A stretch of 64,000 bases of DNA. Origin: Plasmodiophora brassicae (Eukaryota). The translations under genes were made by a program, and so were the position numbers. The notes below the pieces were generated by a model. The model saw only the letters and a list, made by a program, of their open reading frames with translations, was not told where the DNA came from and did no database searches. This document shows, in pieces, positions 21,786-32,785 of this stretch. Location of the stretch: positions 1,550,001 through 1,614,000 of the forward strand of contig CP145412.1 in assembly GCA_036867785.1 (NCBI GenBank). The letters are read 5' to 3'. Numbering within the stretch: position 1 is the stretch's first letter; the number at the start of each line of letters is the position of its first letter.

Positions 21786-21897
21786 TCCAGCACGATCGTA
21801 CCGCTGCAGCACCCTGCCCTCGTCCTTCTAAAGAGTACATCGCCGTTGGGTCCAACGCGGCCGGCACCCACTGCTATTATTAGTCACGCGCGACACG

Positions 21898-22491
21898 ATG
21901 GGCGGCAGCAGCGTGGCAGACCCGGACGCGATCGTCGAGCAGGTGACCCGGCAGCTGGCCGACCTGCTGCAGGCGTACAGGAGCGTCGTGCAGGAGAACG
22001 CCGAGCTGCGCGAGGAGAATGCGGGCCTGCGCCCGTCCCACCTCATGAGCCAGCGCTCGACGGGCGTCCGCATCGTGCCGCGACCGGTGGCCCCTCTCGA
22101 CGAGCGCCAGGGTCGGGATCTGGTCACGCGCGCCACCGCCCTAGCCGCCGCCGGCGACCAGGAGGGCGCTGTCCGGTTCCTGAGCAGCGTCGTCGACGAT
22201 TGCGGGTCGGTCGCGGTTCGCGACCAGGCCCTGGGGCAGCGCGCGCTTCTCCTCCTGCGCCTCGGGCGACACGCCCACGCCCTGCACGACGGCCACGAAC
22301 TCACGGCTGCCCACCCGGACGACCAGCGCGGGTACGCCGTCATTGGCGCCGCCTACCTGGCCATGCGCCTGTACCCGGCCGCCGTCGCCATGTTCGAACG
22401 CGCCCGGCGACTGGCGACGCGTCGCGAACACCTGGCCGTCATCGACGAACGCCTGCGCCAGGCACGGCAAGGCGCCGGCGCGCAGCGATAG
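21898..22491 (+). CDS. Small coiled-coil plus TPR-repeat protein
   Basis: 197-aa ORF with TPR-like helices (ALGQRALLLLRLG..ALHD; GYAVIGAAYLAM..YPAAVAMFERA). Confidence 0.7.
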   Translation: MGGSSVADPDAIVEQVTRQLADLLQAYRSVVQENAELREENAGLRPSHLMSQRSTGVRIVPRPVAPLDERQGRDLVTRATALAAAGDQEGAVRFLSSVVDDCGSVAVRDQALGQRALLLLRLGRHAHALHDGHELTAAHPDDQRGYAVIGAAYLAMRLYPAAVAMFERARRLATRREHLAVIDERLRQARQGAGAQR

Positions 22492-22584
22492 TACACGTTG
22501 CGATGTGGTCGTCTGCCGGTCGGGCATGTGTTGTATTCCCGGTGGACGTCGTCGTCGTCGTCGCGGGCCCTCTGCCGTTGAGCC

Positions 22585-23833
22585 TCACCCGGTGGTGCCG
22601 CAGGTGTTGTTGGTGTCGTGGGGGTCCCCCTGGCCGTCGTTGCCGCCTTCCTTGCTGCTGGCGGTGGCCACGTGTCCGGCCAACACCCTATAGTCGATGA
22701 TGGCGGGGGCGTACGGCGGGTAGGCGGCGCCGGCGCCCGGGACGTCGAACCAGCCCGGCTGGTACGGGTACCCGCGCGCCTTGCCCGTCGCCGGTCGCCC
22801 GTGTCGCCTGGACGACATCATTCGTTTCAGCAGGGCGCGTGCCGAATGCTGCCGGTGGCCATAGTTGCAGATGACGACGCCGCCGTTCAGCGTGCCGCCG
22901 TTCATGGCCTTGATGGCGGCGGCGGCGGAGCGCTCGCCGTCGTCGCCGAACGGGTAGTAGACGAAGCCGAACCCCTTCGTGCTGCCGTTCCTGTGGCGCG
23001 GCAGGACGACCTTCTCGACCGGCCCGAACTTGCTGAACACGTCGCGAAGGTCGGCGTCGGTGACGGCGCGGTCCTTGCCGAAGTGGACGTGCACGTTGTT
23101 CAGGTTCGTGTACGACCAGTCGACGACGCAGGGCGGGCACCCTTCGTGCAGGACGACGCCCTGGCATTGCTCGCGGACGCGTTCGGCGATGGCGCGCGTC
23201 GCGAACTTCACCGAGCACTGCGACTGGCCCGGCAGGATCTCCTCGATCTCGAACGGCCCGAACCGTCCGAGCATCGCCTCCAGGCTCGACGCCGTCGGCG
23301 CTGGGCCCACGTTCCTCAGCACCAGCGTGTGGTTCTTACGTGCCCACCCGATCCGGATCCGCTGCGAGCACAACTCTGCAGGCGGCGTCAGAGGCGGGGC
23401 GCCGTCGGCGCTGGGGGGACACGTGTCGCGTACCCTGGTGCGAGAAGGCGTTCTCGGCGGCCGCCCTGGTCGAGAACGTGACGAACCCGTAGCCGAGCGG
23501 CTTCTTCGTGATCCGGTCCACTTTGATCTGGACCTGGTCGACGTCGCCGTACGGGCAGAACGCCATCAGGACGTCCATCTGCACGTACGCCAACGTCTGG
23601 TGAGGCGGCGAACGAACGCGGTTCGCGGGCGGCATCGGGCTGACCTCGGTGGCCTCAGCGGGAACGTCGCCGAGGAAGAGCGTGCGGTTCTCGGCGTCGT
23701 CGATGTCGGCGCCGCCGCCGCCTTCTCGTAATAGATGGTGCTCGGCCTGGACGGCGTCGCCGGCCTGCTGCTCGTAACTGGATCGTTTGTCGGGCTCGCC
23801 GTTGTCCGCCATGGCCCCTGTCAGGATCGCCAT
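22585..23833 (-). CDS. Multi-RRM RNA-binding protein (multi-exon)
   Basis: RNP motifs TLFLGDV, LGYGFVTF, LVLRNV, KGFGFVYY. Confidence 0.85.
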
Positions 23834-24983
23834 GCTGTCAGTGGGGAACGTCACGTCGTGCGTATATGCAGGGAAGTCGGTGCTGGGGGTTGGGTACGTA
23901 CGACCCGGCGACTACTGTCCAAGCGCCTGCCGGCACAGACGTACCGTTTGCTTTGTCGCAGGTGTGTGTGACTGATCAGGTTGTGGGCGCGAGGCGTTCC
24001 CGTTGTCCGCGAGCTGAACGCGCTGTGGGCAGAGCACGAATCGCCCACTGCAATGATCGAATGACGTGGCACTGGCAACGGCCGCTTCGGCAGCACTTGC
24101 AAGGTTCGGATGGTGGTTGGCAGCCAGCGCGATCAGGTCTCGGGCCACGAGATTCTTACCGCCGACCTCGTACGCCCGATCGTCATCCATATCATGCATT
24201 GCTGGGGGCTCCTGCTTTTCTGCCCGAATCTGATCACCGAATATTTCCTTCGCCACAAGCGTCATGGTACGCTCGAAGTATTCGAGTTTACTCGTCATGT
24301 CTCGCTGCGCGTGTCACGTGAGCGGTGAGACATCCGCGCCTGAGGCCGTGCTGTGGCTCCCAAGGCATCTGCGCCTGATGCCGAAAAGCCTTCAATGTGC
24401 GTCGTTAGAGGCAAGCGCGCGTTCCTATCAGATTGTGGCGCTACTGATAATGACAAAGAAGCAAATTTGCGGCAACGACGACGATGAAAGCCACACAAAT
24501 CACCCATTCGAAACAGCGTCTCCATGCCACCCTGGTTGGCCGAACCCCGCGATCTTCGACCAGCATTAGCACAAGTTATGCATTACTTGTTGGGCGGCAT
24601 CGTGCGCGATGAAACAATCCGGGACAGCCGGCACCAGCAGGCTCTCGACGGTGTGGGAGTTTGTGCTTCGATTGGTACTCGATCAGGCGTGGGGTTAACT
24701 GGTGTTCGTCAAGGCGGCATAACAGGCTCGACTGCCCTAATTGGCGCTAACTGGTCGTCTACGTTTGACCTGCTAACCACCACCAGCCACAGGAGTAACC
24801 ACGCCAATTGTCATGGGTGCCCTAGGTGATATTTGCATTGAATCGGGCGACCGCCCATCGCGTACGGCCGGTCGTCGACCGCCATCACGATCGTTCATGC
24901 TGGAACAAAGGGTCCACTGCCCATCATTGGTCTGCGTATGTACCGTATAATATAACAGTGAGAGCGGCAACGTCACGCAGGCC

Positions 24984-25787
24984 TTATGTGGCGGCCAGCG
25001 CCTTGACCCACAACTTGTAGAAGCCGCACGAGGCGGACAGGAGGCCGAGTACGGCGATGGCACCCTTCGACGTGCTCAGGTGAAGGGCGTACGATGTTGC
25101 GACGCCCAGGTCACCGGCCATCTTCCAAAGGCCGACCCAGAGCATGGCGCGCTTCGCTTCCAGCTTCCTCAGCGTGCCGTCGGTGTCGTCCGGGCTGGCG
25201 CCCGTGTCGACCTGCTGCTGGCGGGTGGCGCGCAGGACGGTGATCTGTTCGTTGACGTGGTGGAGCTGGACGAGAAGGACGAATATGTCAAAGAAGCAGG
25301 ACGAGAACCAGACACGATCCGCCCATTGCTCGAAGAACGACGTCGCCGGGGCCGAGAAGAACCCGAGGCTGCCGAAGAAGGCCAGATCGTCCAGCATGTC
25401 ATTGACGTTCCCGATCCAGTTGTTGACCGCACTGGCGATGTTATCGGCCGGCGGCTTCCAGGACGTGTCGCGAATCGCCGGCCAGGAATACATGCACTTG
25501 AGCAGGCGAAGCACCTTACGCGACTGGGACATATGCTTAATGGCGCCCTGCAGGCGCTTGTCGACGTCGGTCGTCACCCGTCCAGTCGCCCAGTAGTGGG
25601 CATATCGCAGCGAGTACTGCAGAATCTGAACACGACGTCAGTCGGTGCGCGGTCGGCGACGACGAACGGGGCGGGACAACGACGCAACCTTGGCGCCCTT
25701 GTCGGTGCCATCGGTCTGCAGGAGAGCGTAGGCCAGGGGGCGCGTCCACCACGGCACAAGTCGTGCCTTCGGCGCCGCAGGAGCCAT
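24984..25787 (-). CDS. PEX11: Peroxisomal biogenesis factor 11 family (2 exons)
   Basis: TDGTDKGAK/ILQYSLR, MSQSRKVLRLLK amphipathic helix, C-terminal LGLLSASCGFYKLW. Confidence 0.85.
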
Positions 25788-26058
25788 CGTCACCCCGTCC
25801 CGCCTCACCTACACGCCACCATCACACTGGAGATGGATGCCCGGCGATAGACGCGACGCACTGGACACCGCCACAGCCTGCCACGGTCAACCCCCAAAAT
25901 ATAAAAAGAACAGCACACTGCAAAACTGCAAACACCCGGCGACTGCAAAACTACAAACACACGGCGAGTGCGACTGCAAAACTGCAAACACACGGCGACT
26001 GATTCCGCCGAAGGTGCGCCAGTGAAGTCCGTGGCGCGCGCGCGCACCAAACGGCGCC

Positions 26059-26880
26059 ATGCAGCCGCTGCGTCATCACGCCAGCCTGCCGTTGCCGGCG
26101 TTCAGTCGGCCGCGGCCGCCGACGGTCGCGCCTGGGCAGGCGGCGCGGACGACCCGGGACTATAGGCACGGTGCGGATTTCACGGGACAGGAACCGATGC
26201 CCGAGGACCCGTCGCTGCGGATGGGCGTGCTGGCGCGGCGCTACTACGGAATGTACTGTCAGTTCGTTGCAGGCGCCGTCGATAAGCATAAATGCCAACG
26301 ATGCTGGTTCTTGGCACAGAATTGCGCATGCGAGGCTATGGAACGCGTCTCTGGCAGCGTGTTTGCCCCGCATCGGGTCCTGCTGCTGATGCACTTCCGG
26401 GAGCTCTGTCGTGCGTCCAACTCCGGTCGCATTCTTCTCGCGCCGCCCTCGAACCGCTGCTTCGTCTTCGGGATGCAAGCGCAGGAGTCCGCATTGATCG
26501 GGGAGATCAACGCTTTCAAGGGCAGGAGCGTGATCCTGTGGCCCGGTCCGGGGTCGATCACGTTCGAGGAGCTGCGGCGTGAGCCCGGCGAACAACTTCA
26601 AATCATTGTTCTGGATGGCACCTGGAACAATTCCCGTGCCATGGACCGCGTCCTCCCTCGGGACATTCCCCGCGTGCGCCTGAGCGGGAGCACGAGAACG
26701 GAGTTCGGCGGGACCCGGAAGCATAAGGATAAGGAGCGCGTCTGCACGGCTGGCGCCTGCCTGCATGCGCTGCGAGAACTCGGCGCCCCGCCGGGACAGC
26801 TGCAGCCGCTGGCCGACGCCATCAACGTGTTCTTCGACACGCATTCCAACCAGCGGCGCATCGACAGGCTACGAGAATAA
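26059..26880 (+). CDS. DTW-domain tRNA-uridine aminocarboxypropyltransferase (DTWD2/TapT-like)
   Basis: CQRC....NCAC, LLMHFRE..ASNSG, IIVLDGTW, VCTAGA. Confidence 0.88.
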   Translation: MQPLRHHASLPLPAFSRPRPPTVAPGQAARTTRDYRHGADFTGQEPMPEDPSLRMGVLARRYYGMYCQFVAGAVDKHKCQRCWFLAQNCACEAMERVSGSVFAPHRVLLLMHFRELCRASNSGRILLAPPSNRCFVFGMQAQESALIGEINAFKGRSVILWPGPGSITFEELRREPGEQLQIIVLDGTWNNSRAMDRVLPRDIPRVRLSGSTRTEFGGTRKHKDKERVCTAGACLHALRELGAPPGQLQPLADAINVFFDTHSNQRRIDRLRE

Positions 26881-27216
26881 CGTATCGCCGACGGGCATAC
26901 CCATACTGATACACGCTACGCGTTGCATGTCGAGTGTTCTTGACGTATCGCTCCACGCCAGGGGATTTCCGAAGTTCCAGAAGCCGTTTAGAAGGGCAGT
27001 TCGACCCGGATCCAAGGCCGACCCTGATCTGCCATACGCTCACCCAATCGGTGGTGCGCGCGAGCAGTCACATTGGAACGATGGCGATGGCACTCGCCCG
27101 TCTGGTCTAGTCGGCTACACCGGCGTTCGTGCTAGCGCATGCATGGGTCCAATAATCAGACGGACGCGTCCGTATTAGGAGCGAGATGGCGCAACGACCG
27201 CACGAGTTCCAGGCCA

Positions 27217-29078
27217 TCACGCGTGAGAGACTTGTGCAAATAGTGGACAAACCTGCCAGGCACACAGATTCAGCGCCCAGTTCCGCAAACCGAATGCGAC
27301 GACGGCCTGGTACCTTCGCCTGGACGACCTCCCGTGGCCCACCTCGACTTGCCGTCGCTGTTCAACTTCCTGGATCTGGCGAATTGCCGAGCCATGATCG
27401 ACAAGGAACGCGCGTGACGATGGGGAGTGCGTCGGGCGAGGCCACGCTTTGCGGTGCTCGAACCAGATGGCCTTCGCTTGGTCCACGCCGGGAGACACGC
27501 TTGGGCAATGTCTCAGTTCCGTTGCAGAGCCCACACTGCCTCCACGACGGTGCCGCAAAGCAATGCCGATGACGGACGCTGTCGTCGTCTTGACCAGGTT
27601 GCCCACCTGCCCGGACAGGTCCGGGATGTGCCCAGTGGCAGACTGCCACACGTCGGACAGACTGAACGCGTCGGACAGCGACGCCAGCAGCGGGCAGTCG
27701 TCGTCCAGCAGCGACAGGTAGTTCAGGTGAGCGACATCGGGCCCAACGTCGGCGTCGAGATCGCCCAGAATGGACCGGTCCGCCCGATCCGACCCTAGAG
27801 CGGGCGCATCGACCGCCCCCGTCACTCGCCGATACAGATCGATCGAGCCCATTGCTGACAGATGGTTCTCGTCCAGCTTGCGCCGACGATGGACCGGGAT
27901 CCAGAACTGCATCGCATTGAGGAGACGTCGCCAGTCGTGGTGGAAGTAGTCGATCACGCTGCTCAGGTTGTCCACCGACGGGAGCTGACGAGCGCCCATC
28001 GCAATCGCCACCGATGTCGCGTATTCGACCATCGTCGAGCCATCCGGTTCCGATAGGTCAAACACGTATGCGTCCGGCAGGCGCACAGAAAGGTCGTCGG
28101 GGAGGTCGGCACAGGTCAGAACGATCGGGCGCCGCGTGTTCACGGCCAGGTCCTGGACGCCCTTCACGAACGCGGTGTCGCCGTCGAGAACAACGTCGAC
28201 GTCGTCAATGAGAAGCGCACAGTGACGACGACGACGACGAAGAGCACGGACACCCTCGCCATTCCGCCTTCGTTTGGCGTCCCTCTTCGAAGGTTTCGCT
28301 GACGATGGCCCGTCGGTGACCCATGACGACTGCGTCGCTTCCTGATCGCAGCGGGTGAAGATTAGACGCAGGCGGCGACCGGGAGCCGAAGGAGCCCTAT
28401 TACCTTGAAACGCGACTCCAGGTCCGATTTGGAGCGCCGATCGGACGTGTTGATTTCGATCACGCCATGGGAGTCGCTGTTGAGCTTGGCGAGACAGGCG
28501 TGGATGGCGGACGTCTTCCCGGATCCGACCGGCCCACGAAGCACAACGACACGGCACAGCGCCGGCGTGTCGTCCACGTCGTCGTCGCTGTCGTCCACCA
28601 GCCAGTTGTCGTCGTGCCTGGCCCTGTCGCGTGCCTCGACCCGATGCCGTTCCAAACCGACAATAACGTCGTCCTCGTCGTCGTACGGCTTCTTGTCCAG
28701 GAACGCCTCCAGCCAGGCCGTTACCATTGCGTCGACGTCTGCGGTCGCGCATCGCGACGCCTGGAACAGCCGGGTCCACAGTCGACTACCCGACATCGGG
28801 TCGCCCATCCGCGTCGCAATCAGTCCTCGCAGCAACGCCTCATCGCGGCACCGCCCATCCCGGACGGCCCTCTGCACGAACGCGTCGACGTCGCCGACGT
28901 CGTCTGCATCGCCCCCGCCGGCAGCGTCCTCATCACCGCCGGTCAGGTCGATCACGTCCGCCGACGACAGCGACTTGCGCGCGGCATCCGGCGGTGACGG
29001 TGCTGCCGCCGCCGACGACGACGACGGCCCCCTGAAGAACGACCGGATCGACGATTGCTTCCTGGCGGCGGCGGACAT
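27217..29078 (-). CDS. ELG1/ATAD5-like RFC-family AAA+ ATPase (2 exons)
   Basis: N-terminal PIP-like QSSIRSFF; Walker A GPVGSGKT; IEINTSDRRS; LLIDDVD; TRRPIVLTC; DWRRLLNAMQFW. Confidence 0.8.
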
Positions 29079-29427
29079 GCGAATGCGGTGCGTTGCCAAA
29101 ACGCCCCCTCACACTGCTGACCAACGCCGCGGGTCAGGCGGGCCCCCCGACCACGCGCCGTCGACCGGACACGCACACGCGTGCAGTTGCCTGCGAGCTG
29201 CAGCCAGCACGCCGCCGCCAATCATGTTCGTGCGGCGCCATTTGTCTGCATCCGACCCGCGTGCCGGCCGACCGACTGACGCTGTTGGGAGGCAGCCCGG
29301 CGTGTGTGTGCGTGTTGAGGGGGGCGGCGGCGGGGGGTATTTTTACGCGGGAACGATTTTGTCGTCGTCGGCGTTTTGCGTGACGCCGGCGACACGTTGA
29401 CGTACCGCTGGTGTTAACCCCGTCATC

Positions 29428-30693
29428 ATGGCGTCGACGGCAGGGGCGTCCCCCGACCCCGGGACGACGGCGATGGTCGTCGACGACGTGGCCAACGGGA
29501 GCGAGGCGGAGCGCACGCAGGCCGCCCGTGCGGACGTGCAGCGGTTCCGCGACGTCACGCTCGACATCCTGCGGAGGTCGACCTGCCTCGATATCATACC
29601 GGACAGCGGGAAAGTCGTCGTGTTTGACTCCGAGCTCCCCATCAAGCACGCCTTTTTCGGTCTCGTCGAGCACGGTTGGCCCCATTCGGGATCGTGGCTG
29701 GGCGCCGCTGACGACGTGCACGCCCTGTGGATGCAGATATCAAGTGCGCCCCCGTGTGGGATTCCAGGACGTGCGACTATTCTGGCATGATCACCGTCAC
29801 CGATTTCGTATGCCTGCTGCCGTGCGATATGCGGGGAACGCCTTGGTGCTCAGCTCTGCCTGTTCACGTGTAGAACGCCATCCTGCTGCACTTCTACGAC
29901 TCGGCCGAGTTTCGGCAATCGACCGACAAGTTCGCCCTGAAGCTGGGCGAGTATACCGTTCGACAGTGGAACGAACTGAAGCGCGGCGACACCCCGCTGC
30001 CCCGGCCGAAGCTGTTCTTCACGCTTCCCGAGGACTCGCTGCTGGACGGCGTGCGCGTCCTCGTCGTGCGGAACATTCACCGCCTCCCCGTCATGCAGCT
30101 TAGCCCGGAGAACGTCATCCTCTGCATCAACAACCTGCAGCGAATCCTCAGGTTCATCCTGCACCACATCGAGGCGCGTGGGCAGTCGTCGCTGCTGGAG
30201 CGGATCCGGGTCGGCGACCTGCCGGTGGGGTCGTTCGGCGACGGCTGCGCCAGGATCAGCGGATCGATGACGCTGATCGAGGTTCTGAAACTGCTGAAAC
30301 GTAGCAGGACGCCTGCGGTCGCGATCGTCGACCAACAGGGCAGGTATGTGGACGCGTACAGCAGGAGCGACGTGCGGTACCTCGCCGTCGACATGACGCA
30401 TGACAAGTTCGAGAAGCCGATCATTGACATTGTGTCGATGCGCGAAGTAAGTGTGCCGGCGGGCCCGCGTCTGACGCGGTCTACGATTTGGCTAACCGCG
30501 CGTGCTGTCCCAGAACCGCATGCTGACCGTGACCAGGCGGACAACGCTGGACCGCATGTTCTCGAGCCTTCTGTCGAGCAGGAAGCACGCCTGCATTGTC
30601 CTGGACGACGACAGGGTCGTCCTGGGGATCCTGTCCCTCAGCGACGTGTTCCAGTTCTTCCTCGAGAATGACCTACAGCCGCCCAATACATAG
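29428..30693 (+). CDS. CBS-domain AMPK/SNF1 gamma subunit-like (multi-exon)
   Basis: TCLDIIPDSGKVVVFDSELPIKHAFFGLVEH, IHRLPV, YSRSDV, LGILSLSDVFQF. Confidence 0.88.
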
Positions 30694-30855
30694 CATCTAT
30701 TTCGACATTGCTGCTGGGTCGCACGTGCAACGATTCACACGCGGTCGCAGAGCGACGACGACCGACGACGATGACGAGCAAAGGAGGAGGGTACCCGGGA
30801 TTCTATACGGCCGCGGTCGGCACACGGGCAGGCGCGCGCCACGACGACGACGCCG

Positions 30856-32094
30856 TCACTGTACCGTGTCGACGCGGGGCGGCGTCTGCGGCAACGAGTT
30901 CGACAGGACCAGCGTGATTTCGTCGTGCTCCTCCTCGGACTCCTCGACGTCGTGGTCGACCTGCATGCGCTCGTCGAAATACCCGTTGGCGTCCCGTTTC
31001 GGGTGCGCGAACGCGCACGTGATCTTGGTGCACTTCGGGTCGAACCGGCAGGGTTTCGCGGGGCCATCAGCTCCGGCGCCGGCCGCCGCCCGGGACGGGT
31101 GCGAGAACCGGCAGGTCGGGCGCTTACACGCGGCGCCGAACTTGCACGGCACCTGCGTCGTCGTGGCCGTCGTCGTCCCTGGCGGCAGCGGTTGATTGTG
31201 CAGGTACAGGCACGACTTGCCGAACGAGCAGCGCGGCCAGAACTTGCACTACGAGGAGCGCCTCAGGAACATTAGGGGAGGGGGCGGCAGCCAGGTGCTT
31301 ACCGGTTCGCTTGGATGTGTAAACGGGCAGGCCTCGCCCTTCTCGCAGGCTGGCCAGAACGCGCAGCGAATCGGCTTCTTGGTCGATCTGGCCGCCGGCC
31401 TGGACGCGTTGGACGGCGCCGGTCCCGTGGGCGGGCCCGAAGCAGGCCCATTACCAGACACCGTCTCCGGTTCCCTGGCGGGCGTGGTCGTCGTTGCGCC
31501 CCCCGCCTGCATCACCCGGTCGTTCTTGATGGTGACGACGAAGGATTCGGAGCGCGTGTCAATCCGGCGGGGCCCGGCGCCTCGTTTCGGGGACGGCGAT
31601 CGCGCCCGTTTCGCCGTTCGTCGATGATGGGCTGGTTCTGGCGAGGCCTTGCGCTTCGAGACGGGAGCCCTCCTGCTGCTGCTGGTCGGCTTCAGCGCGT
31701 CCGCGAGAAGACGCGCGGGAGCAGGTCGCCTCGTGGCGGCCGTCGTCGTCGCCTTTGGCGGGTCGGCAGCGACCGGCGCAACAACAACGGACGACAGCTT
31801 TCGTTTCAGCGCCGGCGCCGTCTCGTTATCATTGTCAACGGCGGAGCGAAGCTCGTCGAACAACCATACGACGAGGGTCCGCGCCGCACCGCCGACGAAC
31901 GGCGCCATCTCCTTCTCGATCTGCGCCCGCGTGCGCCCGTTCGTGACGAGCAGCATGATGAACTCGATGAAGCTGTTCTGGTCGAACGACGACGGCGGCA
32001 GCTGGTCGCGGAACCCGTCCATGACCCGGCGCCGGATCGCGTCCGTCAGCTGGCCGGGCGCGAAACTCGACCCGTCCGCGTCGTCGCCGTCCAT
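30856..32094 (-). CDS. Nab2/ZC3H14-like CCCH zinc-finger RNA-binding protein with PWI-like N-terminus
   Basis: FIEFIMLLVTNGRT..I..EM..F..LVVWLF; multiple CCCH fingers (CAFWPACEKGEACPFTHP, CKFGAACKRPTCRFSHP, CRFDPKCTKITCAFAHP). Confidence 0.8.
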
Positions 32095-32337
32095 CGAAGC
32101 GAATGCGTTGCGCACCGCCACGGACTTGCCACAAACGCTGACAGTGACAGTGACACACACACACCGCTGCTGCTGGCCGTGAAGACGGGAACGTCGCCGA
32201 ATGTGATCAACATGTACCCGCCGCAGCCCTATGTCCCATTTGCTATGTCTCGGCAGCAGGGCCTGCAGATATCCGGGTACGGGTCACGCCCCGGGCGTCG
32301 CTATAGGGCGAATCGCGTGCGACGATCGACCCGTCGT

Positions 32338-32718
32338 ATGGCGCGCTTCTTCGCCATCGGGAAGAAGGGCGACTCGACGGATGCGGCTGGGCGGACGGCC
32401 CGGCTGCAGGCGGCGTTCGAGCTCTGCGATCGGAACAAGAGCGGGTTCCTGGAGGTGTCCGATATCGGCGCCGTCTGCAAGGCGTTCGACCCGAACGCCG
32501 ACGTCGCGTCGGGGACGGCGCAGGTGCTGGCCGAGTTCGGCGTCAGGCCGGGCGTGAAAGACCAGCGCATCACGCCCGACATGTGGACGTCCACGCTGAT
32601 GAAGACCCTGGGCAGCAGGGACAGCAAGGTGTTCGACGACCACATCGACTACCTGGAGAGGGCCCTTCGGGGTCCTGTCGACCACCCTGCACCCTCTGCT
32701 AAAGCCGCGTCTCCCTGA
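32338..32718 (+). CDS. Small EF-hand protein
   Basis: AFELCDRNKSGFLEVSDI EF-hand loop; 126-aa ORF from ATG 32338. Confidence 0.7.
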   Translation: MARFFAIGKKGDSTDAAGRTARLQAAFELCDRNKSGFLEVSDIGAVCKAFDPNADVASGTAQVLAEFGVRPGVKDQRITPDMWTSTLMKTLGSRDSKVFDDHIDYLERALRGPVDHPAPSAKAASP

Positions 32719-32785
32719 CCTGAGGGAACCCCTCCTTCCGTCCGATCTGTTGCCCGCTTTATAATTAGGGGGACCTCGTCAGCGA

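Noticed and set aside
23912-24620. Possible small minus-strand gene between the RRM gene and PEX11
   Set aside because: Could not build a consistent exon chain or recognise a domain
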